DNA from: Mobula hypostoma | Taxonomy: Eukaryota | Length of the DNA: 64,000 nucleotides | NCBI RefSeq assembly: GCF_963921235.1 | Contig: NC_086097.1 | Location: 157,792,001 to 157,856,000, forward strand | Direction of reading: 5' to 3' | Part shown: in pieces, positions 21,886 through 35,304 of the stretch | How positions within the stretch are numbered: the first letter of the stretch is position 1 | Layout of the letters: every line of letters begins with the position of its first letter | The notes under the pieces: model-generated | Databases searched by the model: none | What the model saw: the letters and a program-made list of their open reading frames with translations, nothing else | Told to the model about the DNA's origin: nothing | Translations under genes and position numbers: made by a program

Positions 21886-22913
21886 TACTTCTTCCTATAG
21901 ATGCTGCCTGGCCTGCTGCATTCCACCAGCTTTTGGTGTGTGTTGCATAGATTAGTGATGGTAGAATACCTCACTGAGTTGGCTTGGATGACCCTTACGC
22001 TTCAGTTGTCCGTCACCTTAATTCTCAGTCATATGTCCATTCTGACTGCTCTGTCTGGTCCTTTACATAAACGTTAATATAAGTGATAGCTTCTTACCTC
22101 CCAACAGGGTATGAATCTCCCATTAGGACTCAACACTGCATTCAGAAACAATCTTTTCCAGATCGAATGAGAACTGGCCAGTTTTGATTATGGTCATAAA
22201 GTTGTAATTTTAGCTTTGCTTTTCACTATGCATAGAAGCTGCTTGATCTGCTGAAGATTTCTAGCATTCTCTTTGATGTCATGTTTTATGTAAATCTAAT
22301 GTCTTATACCTTATGCTTCCACCATTGATTTTTTTCTCAGTTCTGTATTCTCATTCATCTCCTTACTACAGCTCCTCCAGACTGATATGGGTGCAGTTAA
22401 TCCTTCTAGACTCCACCTTCACTCTGATATTTCCTTTGTTCTCTTCACCCCTTTTCTGGAATTTAAAACTTAGTTGCTTTCTAAATTTTTCCTGGTTCTG
22501 AGGAAAGATCAACATGAAATATTCACTTTGATTTCCTCCCTCATTGGATACTGCCTCACCTTCTGAATTTTTCCAATGTCTTCAGATTTCTAGCATCTGT
22601 TTTTCAAAACACACTGGCAACAATTTATTCCAGTAAAATATAAGGTGGATAATATTTGAACATAGTCAACAATTTAGCATTGATACCAAGTTGAGAATTA
22701 GGGAAGGGATAGAAGATATTGAGTAAACATGTGAATTTCCATATTTCCTCACATCATAGGTTTTTTTTCCAATTGACCCACATTAAGTCTGTTCTGCATC
22801 ATCCCTCATTAATTTCCCCTATAATGTATCCCCCAAATTCCCATCAATTCTACCACCCATATACCTGAGGGGCAATTTTACGTTTGCCAATTAGCCTTCC
22901 TTATCACACCCCA

Positions 22914-24217
22914 CAGTTGCAACTGTTCAACAGACGATGCCATTGCCATTAGCCTTCCCCTGGCCTTAACCGACCTGGACAAAAAAGACACGTACGTTCA
23001 AATGTTGTTCATAGACTTCAGTACAGCATTCAACACAGTCATTCCTCAGAAACTGATTGGAAAGCTGAGCCTGCTGGGCCTGAACACTTCCCTCTGCAAC
23101 TGGATCCTCAGCTTCCTGACTGGGAGACCTCAGTCAGTCCGAATTGGTAGCAGCATCTCGAAAACCATCACACTGAGCACTGTGTGCTCAGTCCACTGCT
23201 GTTCACTCTGCTGACCCACGACTGTGCTGCAACACACAGCTCGAACCACATCATCAAGTTGGCTGATGACACAACGGTGGTAGGTCTTATCAGCTAGAAC
23301 GGGAGTCAGCATACAGAGAGGAGGTGCAGCGGCTAGCGGACTGGTGCAGAGCCAACAACCTGTCTCTGAATGTGAACAAAACAAAAGAGATGGTTGTTGA
23401 CTTCAGGAGGAAACGGAATGACCACTGTCCGCTGAACATCGACGACTCCTCCGTAGAGATCATTAAGAGCACCAAATTTCTTGGTGTTCACCTGGCGGAG
23501 AATCTCACCTGGTCCCTCAACACCAGCAAAGAAAGCCCAGCAGCATCTCTACTTTCTGTGAAGACTGAGAAACGTCCATCTCCCACTCATCCATCCTCAC
23601 CACATTCTACAGAGGTTGTATTGAGAGCATCCTGAGCAGCTGCATCACTGCCTGGTTCGGAAATCGTACCATCTCGGATCACAAGACCCTGCAGCGGATA
23701 GTGAGGTCAGTTGAGAAGATCATCGGGGTCTTTCTTCCCGCCATCACAGACATTTACACCATACACTGCATCCGCAAAGCAAACAGCATTATGAAGGACC
23801 CCACGCACCCCTCATATAAACTCTCTCCCTCCTGCCATCTGGAAAAAGGCACCAAAGCATTCAGGCTCTCATGACCAGACTATGTTACAGTTTCTTCCCC
23901 AAACCATCAGACTCCTCAATACCCAGAGCCTGGCTTGACACCAACCTACTATACTCTCTACTGTGCCTGCTGTCTTGTTTATTATTTACTATTATTTATT
24001 GTAATGCCTGCACTGTTTTGTGCACTTTATGCAGTCCTGGATAGGTCTGTAGTCTAGTGTAGTTTTTGTGTTTTTTTCTTACGTAGTTCAGTGTAGTTTT
24101 TGTATTGTTTCATGTAGCACCATGGTCCTGGAAAACGTTGTCTCATTTTTACTATGTTCTGTAGCAGCAGTTATGGTTGAAATGACAATAAAAAGTGACT
24201 TGACATCACTTGACTTG
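22914..24217 (+). mobile_element. Rex1/Babar-type LINE, 5'-truncated, with 3' UTR and (tgact)n tail
   Basis: [57 protein letters not shown]. Confidence 0.88.
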
Positions 24218-25910
24218 AAAATGTGAAAACTCTGCACAGACAGAGCTGTAGGTGAGGGTTAAACTCAGGCCACTGGTACAACGAGTCAGCGGGTCCATTA
24301 ACTGTGCCATCCTAGCTCCCAGATCTTCGACTGTGCTACTGCAATGGTCACCAGGCAGCTATATCTCAGAAAGCACTTCTAAAAGTGGCTTTGGAACTAA
24401 CCTCAAATCTGAGTTTGAAAAGATTTTTGTTCATCAAAGGTATGGACGTGTGTGGGGAAAATCCGGATAAACAGAGTAAGGTCACAGAACCACTGTGGTC
24501 TCTTGAATGATAGCACAAGCCAGAGGGATGAGACATTGTCTTTATCTTTAGTTAAGTCAATCAGGATTTTTATATTTTGCCTCAAGCCATCAGGCTCATT
24601 GATGTGATTTGAGATATCGGTCAACAGTGGTTATTTTATCACTCAGAAGGCTACAGGATCATAGTCCCATTCAAAGACTTGTTCATTCAATTTGACAAAC
24701 AATCCTCAAGTTGAAACATTAATAATGTTTTCCCTCTTTTCTAATGGTGTCTACAATACTGATGTATCTATATTTTATTTCAGATATAATGTGTCTGCTA
24801 CACTTTGCTATTGCATAATCCAAACTGACGTTCCACAACAGCACTGTAGAAATGTTGCTTTTATTAGACACGTCCTTTAGCTTTTCATATCATTTCACCT
24901 TCCAAGTGGATCTTTATTTAAAATGAGGGCAAATGGTCCTCAGAAATCTGCTGAACGTCACCAAACACCAAAAGGAAGGATTTCAGGTTACTCTCCCATG
25001 GTTTTTGAATGACTACACTATACGTGATTAGTTGCTGCAATCCAATATTGGAAGGTCTTTGGGGAAATTCAGACTACAAGTGGAGCCATTTAAATATTAG
25101 GCTATATGTTGTATTTCAGTTCTCGCAGAAAAATGTTTGGGCCCTTTGGGGGTCAGGTCCCTACCTCTGAACAAACAACACATGTCTCTCTTCTGAACCA
25201 AACTCCTCACTACCCCAAATCCAGGCTCCAATATCTGCCAACTTCCTCAATCTCAGGACAAGTCACACCTTCCCCACCCTGACACCCTATTCACCATGCA
25301 CACTTCACATTCAGCCCCAAATCTTCAAGAGTCTCAAAGGCTTCAGTCTCTGAACAATACCTGCAATCCGCAATTTCCACTCACCCCTCCCAAGGGCCCA
25401 AACACTTAACACTTAGTTTGGCACACCATAGCATGCTCCAATTTTTGAATACACACTCCTCCACACTTCAGTCTCTGGCATCCCCTGGCACCTGAGAGTT
25501 AACACCAAAGTGACCATGAATGAGATGCCACACTAGTGCAATATTTTTTAAGACAGATCTTTGGACATTATCACCACCGAATAAACTGAATGGTAGCTGC
25601 TAGAATGATAGATTTAAGGATAGTGCCGGAGATTAAAAATAGAAAAGATATCCCATTCCCTCCATTTTCTTGCTTCACTCTTTCTTCACTTTTGCTTCAC
25701 TATGAAGACCTGACCTTATCTGTACAGTCGGAGCTTCAGGAAACAGGCTATGAATAAGGCTAAATCAACAAAATTATTTTTATTGCTTCTGCTCTTCGTT
25801 GTGATTACTTGAGAAGTTTGGAACATACGTGCTTGCAAGTCTTTACTTATAAGTGAAGGCCAGAATATCAGGGCGTGAACATATTACAATTTGAAAATGG
25901 GCCAATTTAA

Positions 25911-26460
25911 AGATTAGATTAGATTCAACTTTATTGTCATTGTGCCGAGTACAGATACAAAGCCAATGAAATGCAGTTAGCATCAGAGAGAAATGCAAAG
26001 AATAGTGTTTACAAAATAACTGCGAATAAAAAGTAAGTGCTACAGCACACAAATATAAAAGTACTGAGACAGTACAATATGGGTGCAATACTGCTTAGCG
26101 CTGTGATGTAAGGTTCAGCAGTGTCACAGCCTCAGGGAAGAAGGTCTTCCTGTGCCTACTGGTGTGGGAGCAGAGGCTCCTGTAGTGCCTACAGATGGGA
26201 GGAGAGTAAAAAGTCCATAGTTAGGGTGAGATGCATCCTTGATAATACTTTTCGCCCTGCCCAGGCAGCATTTATGGTAGATGTTCTCAATAATCTGCCG
26301 ATAATCTGCTGGGCAGTTTTCACCATACGCTGGAGTGCTTTGTGGTCCGATACGGGACAATTGCCATACCACACTGAGATGCAGTTGGTGAGTATGCTCT
26401 CAATGGTACAGCGGTAAAAGTCTATCAGTATGCTAGGACAGAGGTGAGCTTTCTTGATGA
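25911..26460 (-). mobile_element. Rex1/Babar-type LINE 3' end
   Basis: FYRCTIESILTNCISVWYGNC...LQRMVKTAQQIIG; (agatt)n tail at 25911-25925. Confidence 0.85.
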
Positions 26461-28117
26461 AAAGAAATAGTTCATAACATAATTCATAGTTCATAACAAA
26501 AGATAGTTTTAGATATCCTTTTCTGAGACCTCACCTCATGCTTTATAGATACATCCACTGGAGTTTGTTTAGGAACAGTGTGTTTCAGACACACACAAAC
26601 AGCTAAAACCACACAAAGACAATCAAACAGCAAGAAGGCTAGGAAAACCCAAGTACTGGGAGAGTAGATGCCAATGTAAATACATGCAGTTCAGCATGTT
26701 AGGATACAAACAAGAAAATATATTAAACCAAGGAATTGTAATCTAAGAGTAGGGAGGAGAAGAATAAAAACAATTAGTCAGAGACTCATGACTTATGAGC
26801 TGAAAAAGCCTTCTTAAGTGATAACCTCAAAGTGTCTTAATGGTGTAATTATCTTCTCGTTGAACAGTTAAAAACAAATTGCTGTCTCCATTTTAAAACA
26901 ATAAAATAACCTTGATAGGATTGCCAATAAATTAAACTCTTGTTTATTATTCCAAGGGGCAAAATCTTACAGGTGTAAGGTTCACTTACAGAGATCACTT
27001 CCATACATTCCTCTTGAAAAAGTCCCAAAGTGACGATTAAAGTGCTACTTAAATCCCTATACAGAGGGGAAGCAAAATAAAGCAGACTACAGTATAATCT
27101 GGATGCTACCTGCTACCACAGGTATTTTGCCTTGTAAGCAGACAGTCACTCAAATGGACTTGAAGGATAATAAGCAGTGGGAAAACAAGTTCGTCAGAAA
27201 TTTGTTAATTGAGCATATAGGTAAATACAAGCCTGTTCATGGAGCAAAGGGATTCAAATTCACAAGAAGTTTTGCAGACACAATAGGAAGACATTACTTC
27301 CACCAGCCATGGAATCAGTAACCCAATGGGATAAATTCAAGAGAAAGTCAGTAAGATTTTCTGTACTTCATCATAAATAGTGATAGAAACAAAATCCTTA
27401 ACAGCTTTGAAAATCAGTGGATGTGGGTACTGGAAAGGAAAGGACTTATGAGTAATGATAGTGTGATAGGGCTAACTGAATAGTGCTTTCAGAGCACTGT
27501 CCCAAATACAATAAGCCAATGTTCTCCATCTGTGCTGTGAAATTTCATGCTTCAAAATGTAAATTCTTGCCAGTTAATATGTTGTTCCCAGCAAAGCCTA
27601 TTCAAGATGCAATTTGTCTCTGTACTTTGGGAATTGTTTTAACTCCTTTCTTTTCCTAAAAACATTGTTGAGTATTAGCTAAGCATAAGATTTCTTCTGC
27701 ACAGACATTTTCGTTTAAGTTTTCAGCTGCAGCTTGATTCACAGATTGAAGGTCACCTTCCACTGCTTTCTGCTGTAGTCTGCACTATTCATCACTCATT
27801 ATTGGCCCATAGAAATGTAACTGAATCATTGAAATGTGATAATGCTCTGTTCTTCAGGGATCAGGATTATGACAGCATCGCAGAATTGTGGAACTCTTCC
27901 CAGATCTGTCTGTATCCATCCCAGAAGACAACCTATCTACTAACAATTATTATAAATCTATTGACTTGTTAGCTCAGGCATAAAATGCAAAGCTACAGAA
28001 AAAATAATTAGTAACAATTTAGGCCATAATCCACAGTTCCAGCAACAGCCTTGGTTGCACCTGCTTCTACCCAGTCTCTCGTAAGCGTTCCATCCTTTTT
28101 GTTCTGTTCAACACTCA

Positions 28118-29110
28118 CTAAATGCTGTAGGAACTCAGCAAGTCAGGCAGCATCTGATGAAGGACATAATCAGTCAACATTTTGGGCTGAGACCCCTCAT
28201 CAAGACTGGAAAAGAAGGGGGGTGGAATCCAGAGTATGAGTGTGGGGGGAGGAGAATTAGTATAGGCTGTCATGTGAGACATGAGACCAGGTGAGGGAAG
28301 TGATAGGTGGGTGGAGAGGGAATAGGTGAAAGAGCTAAATGATTGAAGAAGATGAAATCTGATAGGAAAAGACAATGAAATCTGATAGGATAGGATAGGA
28401 AAGAAAAAAAAGGAAGAGGGAAACCTGAGGAAGGCAAATGGGTAGGTGAGGAGAATAGAAAGGGAGCGAGGATAACCAGAATGAGGAATATAAAAAGAGA
28501 GAAGGAAGTTGGGAGGAAGAAATCACCAGGAGTTAGAAAAACCAATGTTCATTCCATCTGGTTGGAGGCTACCTAGACAGAATGAGGTGTTGCTCCTCCA
28601 ATGTGAATTTGGCCTCAACATGGTAGTGGAGGAGGCCATGGACAGACACATCAAAATGGGAATGGGAATGGGAAGTTGAATTGAAAAGGGTATATACTGG
28701 AGATCCTGCCATTTGTAGTGGACAGAGTGATGGTGCTCAATGAAACAGTACACCATTCCATGTTGGGACTCTCTAACATAGAGGAGGATACAATGGATGA
28801 CCCTAACAGACTTGCAGGTAAAGTATCACCACACTGTTTAGGGGCCCTAAATAGCGGTGAGGGAGGAGGTGTAGGGGCAAGTGTAGTGTTTGTCATACTT
28901 GCAGGGATAATTGTCCAGAGAGAGATCAGTGGGGAGGGATGATTGGACAAGAGAGTCATGAGAACATTGATCCCCATGGAAAGTGGAGAGAGGATGAGGG
29001 AAAGATGAGCTTAGCGGTAGGATCCTGTTGTAGGTGATGGAAGTTCTCGAGAATGATGTACTGGATCTGGAGGTTCGAGACAAGGACAAGGGAAACCCCA
29101 TCCCTGTTAT
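28118..29110 (-). mobile_element. Penelope-like element 3' portion (GIY-YIG region plus terminal repeat)
   Basis: Minus frames give YPCKYDKHYTCPYTSSLTAI and FCLGSLQPDGMNIGFSNS, followed by the pyrimidine-rich terminal repeat with a degenerate hammerhead at 28171-28208. Confidence 0.8.
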
Positions 29111-29365
29111 GACAGTGTGATGGCTCTCAGTTTCTCTATCTCTGCCATGACTGTTCTCAAGGTGAGGCTTTTCAGGAACTATGGCTTCCGCTCTATCTTG
29201 GTTGATGAAGCCCTCCCTTGCACTTCCTCCATTCCTCAGACTTCTGCTCTCAGCCCCTTCATGGGAATGGAGACAGAAAATTCCTTTGGTCCTTTTGTTT
29301 CACTCTACCAGTATCTGCTTTCAGCATATCATCCTTCATAATTTCTACCAGCTTCCAGCAGTTTG
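29111..29365 (+). mobile_element. Inverted Penelope-like fragment joined to the preceding element
   Basis: Overlaps, in opposite orientation, the region ending at 29110 (SLLFQHIILHNF-like versus acatcattctcgagaacttcc on minus). Confidence 0.55.
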
Positions 29366-32300
29366 CTTTTAATCACATAATGATTATTGAATAAAAGGAA
29401 GTCATTTGGCCACTCAGTCTACATCAACCCCTATGTAGAGGCAATTCATCTAGTGCCATCCCACCCACTCTCCCTAATGTATCCTCTTTCAGATAGTCAT
29501 CTAGCAACCTTTAGAAAGTTCCGGACTCTGTTTTTTAGCAGGAACAGTTTTTCATTCTCTAAGTTCTGTATGATTTTATTATCTCTGTCAGACCTCCTGT
29601 TAACTACACCTTTCCTGCAGCCTCACGAAAGCCTTTATACCTTTCCTAATTTATGGTGTCCAGAACTAAATACAAGGATCCTGATGTGGTTGAACCAGTG
29701 TCTTATAAAATTTCCTCATGACTCCCTTGCAATTTTACTCAGTACTTATTTTACAATGCCCTGGATCACATTTGTGTTTTTAATCATTTTCTCAAACTAT
29801 TCTGTCACGTTCCAATGTACAGTGTAAATATACCCACAGACTTCTATGTTCCTGCAGCACATCTAGGATGCCCTGTTCCAAGCAAATAAACCTAACTCAT
29901 CCAGTCTCTCCTCATAACAGAATGCTCTGCCCCAAGCAACATCCTACAGAGTCTTCACGAACCTGATCAGGAAGAGAAAGTATTGGTCATTACCTAAAGG
30001 AAGTGGGAGATTTTTAATGGTAATTCTATCATGTCAGAATTGACAGAAATGTACATAAAGGCTTGTCAGCACAAACTCTTCATATGAGAACCACTGAATG
30101 TAATTCTCTATCCCAGATGCATGGCTGTCAATTCTTATTAGTTATTCCAAACTTATTAAATTGAAATTGAAATATTTTATTACGGACCACTTAAAAATTC
30201 AATAAAGTATTGTTGGTATGTTTGAGTGATGATGAAGGGTTATCAATTTAGAGTTTGAGAAATTTAACTTCCTCTTTCAGTAGTTAATTGTGAAACTGTA
30301 TATGCTAGTCAGCTTTTCCACTGGGTATTGACAGATTTGACATTTTGAGGACAAAATAGTTGCTCATGCAATTATGAAATTGTTTCAAGGAAGCATTGGA
30401 AATGTGATGGCAAGACAAATGAATGTTAATGAGAGCCAGTTAAAACTTGACGGTTAATTGTTCTGCAGCAATACAACTGATAGATAACCTTCTGCTAAAG
30501 GTGGGACTGTGCACAGTATGCAGTCAGATATGATTACATTTCAAAACAATAATGATTGACATTAAGGTAAGTGTCTTCTGTTTGCTCAGCAAATAACCCA
30601 AAACTTTTGAGACAGAAGTTATACTTGATAGGTATAATTCTGCCATGCAAGCAAATCCAAAGAATGAATTTTCTTTAATTCATCTTACTCTTCAGAAAAA
30701 TGTAGTTATGGCTTCTTTGAGACAATTAATTAGAAGATTGAGGACAAGAATTGTATCCATCTACAAGAGATAGCAATCCAAGGCATCAAGTGGTATAAAA
30801 TATTTGCCAGTGATGTGCATACTTTTTCCATCAGTTAGGTACCTAAGTATTTCTGTATGTGATTAAGACATGGAATTTAGTAGCTTTAATAATGGATAAA
30901 TTATCCAGGAATTTAAACTAGTAATCTGGACGTATGTTCAGGTCTTTCCAGTATAGTAGGGAATTGTACGTACGGGAAACTAAACTGGAATAAAATGTCA
31001 TTTTCAGTAATGGTGACAATGAAGCCAACTCATCTGTTTACCAATATCCATCTGCTGGTATGACCTATATATGACCTTAGAGCACTGCAATATGGTTGAC
31101 ATCTTCCCCCTGAAATATCCAAGCAAACTGCAATATGCTAAGTTTGCCAAAATATTCTCTGAGAGGCAATAATGCTTGCTCTTTCCAATTGCAACCCAAC
31201 CCAGTCTATTGAACAAATAAAAATGTCCCTGAATTTAATCAACAATTTTGAGTTTAACACATTTTCCAATCATTGTGTAAATTGATGATTTACATTCCCA
31301 CATTCTGAGTAGAAAGCAATGTGCTTTAGAATAAGTTTGAAAAATAGGACAGGAAGGAAGAAACAGACAGCAGTGTCTTCAAAGATCTCCACTCAATAAA
31401 AGAAAATGCCAAGAATCCTTTACCCACAAACCCCACTCCCCACCATTCAAAGCTGTGTTGGGAGCGGTATGATACTTTCCTCTCAGCCTTCTATCTGCCT
31501 TCTGCCAAGCAATATATTTGAACCAAAAGAAAAAATAACTTGGTGCTTTATCTTTTGTTCTATCACATGTGTAATCCCCTCACCATAGGCTCATAATGAG
31601 TTGTCTATTACTGTGAATTCAAGCTAACAGCAACATAACTCGACAATGCATGGGAATAATGACAAAAAAGTAAAAGTGTCTAGGGTAAATAGGATTCATG
31701 TAACTACAAACATACAAGTTTAAATGTTCTTTCCAAAGAAAAACAAAGGCAATTACTTGTATGAAAACTAGCACACCCTGCAAATTACCATTTGCCAGGA
31801 AACAATAATCTAACTCACACTGGTATATAGTTAGATCAAAAAAGTATTGGAAAAATTTTTAAATTATAACAAACACAATAATATTATATAATACAAAATA
31901 AAGAAAAAGTCCATCATATATATAAATAATAATCTATAGCATGCACATAATCATTGGAGCTCACTACTGCATAATCAATCCAGTTCACTTCACTTCATTT
32001 ACCACAACATGAAAAGGTTTTGCATTGAAGGACCTGTCCCAGGAAACAAATATTCATACATCTTCCAAGGACAAAGCATCAAACTTTCTTCAAAGTCATG
32101 TTCTAACCAGCTAACTAAAAGTTATTTGCACATTCTCCAAGGGACCATTGTCTGCATGAGGATCTTCCAGCATCAGTATCTGTGCTTTCAGATAGGATCA
32201 ATGAGCATTTCAGCACGTTCTTCTCCAACGTTTGTGTCCATTTCTTTTTTCCTTCTCCCTCCTCCTTCAATTCCGCACTATCTTGTAAATGGCTCCCCCG

Positions 32301-33849
32301 ATCTTTTCCCACACACTCTCCAAATACCCGATTGTATAATGTAATTAAAGGAACATTTATTGCATTTGAGAAAATCTGCTGAAAATAATAATCAACAGCA
32401 TAACTGTAGTAATAAAATGATACATGGTCTTAAACCAGGTTATTACACATGTAAGGACATATGAGCTCCACATTATTTGCATTTTATTTCCCTTCAATAT
32501 CTATTTAAGTTGTATATCAGACCACTGGTTCATACAATGGTACCAACAATACCTTGAACTCAAACAAATCAGCTAGTCCATTACATTGTCATTGGACTAA
32601 TGAAGATGGCCAAGTACAGAGGTCTAGATGGGAGCAGAATGGAGAATTCAAATGACAAGCAGTCATATGCAACAATACAACAACCATCAAAGCAGTTGAT
32701 TATTTTTAAAAATTTATTCACCCTTTCAATCCAATAAAATCACTTACAGGGTAGGTGACTGTAATTTTTCATAAGTTTTTAGTTTATTTCAAATTGCTTG
32801 CATTTTCTATTTTTCTTTTCATTCCTTTAATTCATGGCAATCTTCAACAAAATTAGTATTAAGCAAACAATCATTTTCATGTAGAATTGGTTCTGCAATC
32901 CACAAAAATATATTCAAATTTTTTTTGAAGTATCTGAAAAGTTACTGTCACTGCAGTTATTGCATGAAAGTTTAACATCCGTACCTTTTCCTCCCCAGCA
33001 TTTTAACAGAGAGATTAATCTAAAATAAATTAATTCATGCCTCTTCAAAATAATATAGAGAATTTTCTATGACCATGTTTAAAATTGGTATGATAATAAA
33101 CATCCATAATAAATGTCAGTTTAGTAAATCCTAAAATCTATTTTTAATTTAAATCTGCTACAGTCCAGTCTCTCACGCACAGCAGATTATCATAAGATAT
33201 GTGGTTAGTTTAAGACACATGACAAGAAATCATTGCGCCTCACATCCCACTTCTACAATTATTAGATAGAAACATTGTTATGGCCAATAAAACTGGACAC
33301 CAATAGCTCAAGCATAATGATATTTTAAAAAATCAGGAAAAGATATAATCTTCCCATTGTTAATTAACTTTATAAATTAGACTCTGCTAAATGTTCTAAA
33401 ATAAGCATTAGCATTTTTCTCTTACTTTTGCTTAACAGAAAATTGAAAGAGATCTGAAGTTACAGAGTAAAGAGCAACAAGTTATTATTTTTTCCCTCAG
33501 ATTTGCTAACTGGCAGATTATTAGAGGTTAGATCACAGTAAAGCACAATATTTAATAGGGAATCAAAGAGGCACTTGCAGTAAAGTTGACAAAGAAAGAA
33601 CCCAGCTAATTTTGATCATTTTTCCTTGGAATTAGCACTGGATATGGTAAAGGGGTTCCTCTGTAGCAACTTGATTCAATGAATTCAATAGTAAGAATTA
33701 ACATTGCCTGGATGAATATCAATCACTGCAGTTGCTACGCAGAGCCAATATTGCCAATATTTGTAATAGTGCTTGATGGACATGTGAACACACTTTAAAA
33801 GTACATAGACTCTTAACCAACAATTTTCCTTCAAGCAGTACCATGGCAA

Positions 33850-34490
33850 AAAGTTCGGAATTACTGTTAAACTGCATAGAAACAGACTCTTCAGCCCATC
33901 GCATCCATGCCTACCATTTTGTCCATCTGCACTAATGCCATTAGTCCGCATTTGGTCCATATTCTTCAATACTTTGCCTATTTTAAGTGTCTATTTATCT
34001 TTTAAATATAGAACTTTTTTTTCTGATTCTTGATTGTTATTGCTCATTCTATTGTTTACGTGATCTGTTTTTGTCCTCTCTCTTTCTCTGTATGCAATGG
34101 GGATTGGTCTTTATTTTTTTTAAATTGGGTACTTTCCGTTCCTTGCTTTGCGACTGTCTGTAAACAAACAAATCTTAAGGTTGTATAATTTATACGTTCT
34201 TTGATAATGAATGTACTTTGAATACTTTTGATTCTACCACCTCCTCTGTTAGGCATTTCAGATATCAAACATCTCAAAAAATTATTAATCAGATCCCCTT
34301 TAAAATGACTTCATCTCACCTTAAGCCAATATTCTTCTTGTTTCTGTTCCACACCCCCCTGCATGAGAATAAGCTTTTTACTATCTTTATGCCTCTCACA
34401 ATCTTATGTACTTCTGTCAGGTGACCCCACAGCTTGCTTTGCTCCAGGGAAAACAAGCCCAGCCTCCCTAGACTCCTCCCATAACTATAG
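33850..34490 (-). mobile_element. Degraded CR1 3' end with an internal LINE-tail insertion (about 34035-34225)
   Basis: aacagactcttcagccca tail motif, gctccagggaaaacaagcccagcct; inner segment ends ctttgataatgaatgtactttgaatacttt. Confidence 0.55.
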
Positions 34491-34999
34491 TCCTTTGGAG
34501 TTACTGGAGGTAGTGTTATTTGTGTTTACGGAATCTGTGTTATGATTCCAGTTATGATCTGTGCTACATTTCCAGCCAGTGAAAAATAAGAACTTGCACT
34601 TGTCACATCCCTCTAGATAAAGCCAACAAAGTCCTCTCTCAAGATAGTCATTGCTGAAATGTAAAAAAAATGGCATTAAAAGTTATGCACACCGAGTTCT
34701 GGTGAACAGCAAGATGGCATTGATCAAACATCTGTTTTTAGTGAAGCTTGTTGAGGGGTGCATTTCACCCCCCACCGCTCTTACTTTCAAAACAAGGCCT
34801 TAGAATTGTTCACATTCATTAAAGAAACTGGAACCTAAGTACATAAAATATTTTGGGAGCTGAGATCATCAACAGTGCTGCCTGTTTTCAATTCAATTCA
34901 ATTTAAGTTTAATTGTCATTTAACCATATATGAATACTCACGAATACAGCCAAACAACTGATCAGGCTGGATCCATAGATAAAGAAGCAACATTAATAT

Positions 35000-35300
35000 T
35001 TCAGATGGAGACACAAGAGACAGGAAATGTTCTAATCAGGTACAAACAAGAAACGGCTGGAGGAACTCAGCTGCTCAGGATGCATCAGTGGAGATAGAGA
35101 GAAGGCAATATTTCAGCTTGAGCCTGTGCATCAGGATAGAGAATGTAGAGGATAGATAGAGATGAGTAAAAAGGGTGAGGTGGAGGCTAGCAGGTGATAG
35201 GTGAGGAGGGGATGATGGACAGATGGAGCCAGAAGGGGGAGGGAAGGTGGAGATGGAGGGAGATTCAAAAGTGATAGGCATAGACACAGAAGACTACAGA
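35000..35300 (-). mobile_element. Penelope-like terminal repeat fragment
   Basis: gctggaggaactcagc...gcatc followed by a purine-rich tract as in other copies. Confidence 0.55.
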
Positions 35301-35304
35301 CTGG

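Larger units (their letters stand above)
21159..21945. mobile_element. Fold-back (inverted) Penelope-terminal-repeat insertion with 14-bp TSD
   Basis: Arms about 21191-21565 and 21575-21946 are reverse complements; TSD catagattagtgat at 21145-21158 and 21946-21959. Confidence 0.9.
20560..22310 (+). mobile_element. Old Penelope-like element fragment (GIY-YIG region) split by the fold-back insertion
   Basis: CLQWGLFYTRETKHRL at about 21100-21155 corresponds to the C..CGLLYIGETKRRL motif; homology appears to resume after 21960. Confidence 0.6.

Noticed and set aside
21159..21945. MITE/DNA transposon or CRISPR-like structure
   Set aside because: Arms are asymmetric, TSD is 14 bp and the sequence matches retroelement termini; no repeat-spacer array and the DNA is eukaryotic
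28154..28180. Plus-strand CUGAUGA as a second hammerhead
   Set aside because: No stem II or downstream GAAA at the right spacing
30468..30566. Plus-strand coding exon bounded by ctgcag and gtaagt
   Set aside because: All three frames contain stops; at most non-coding
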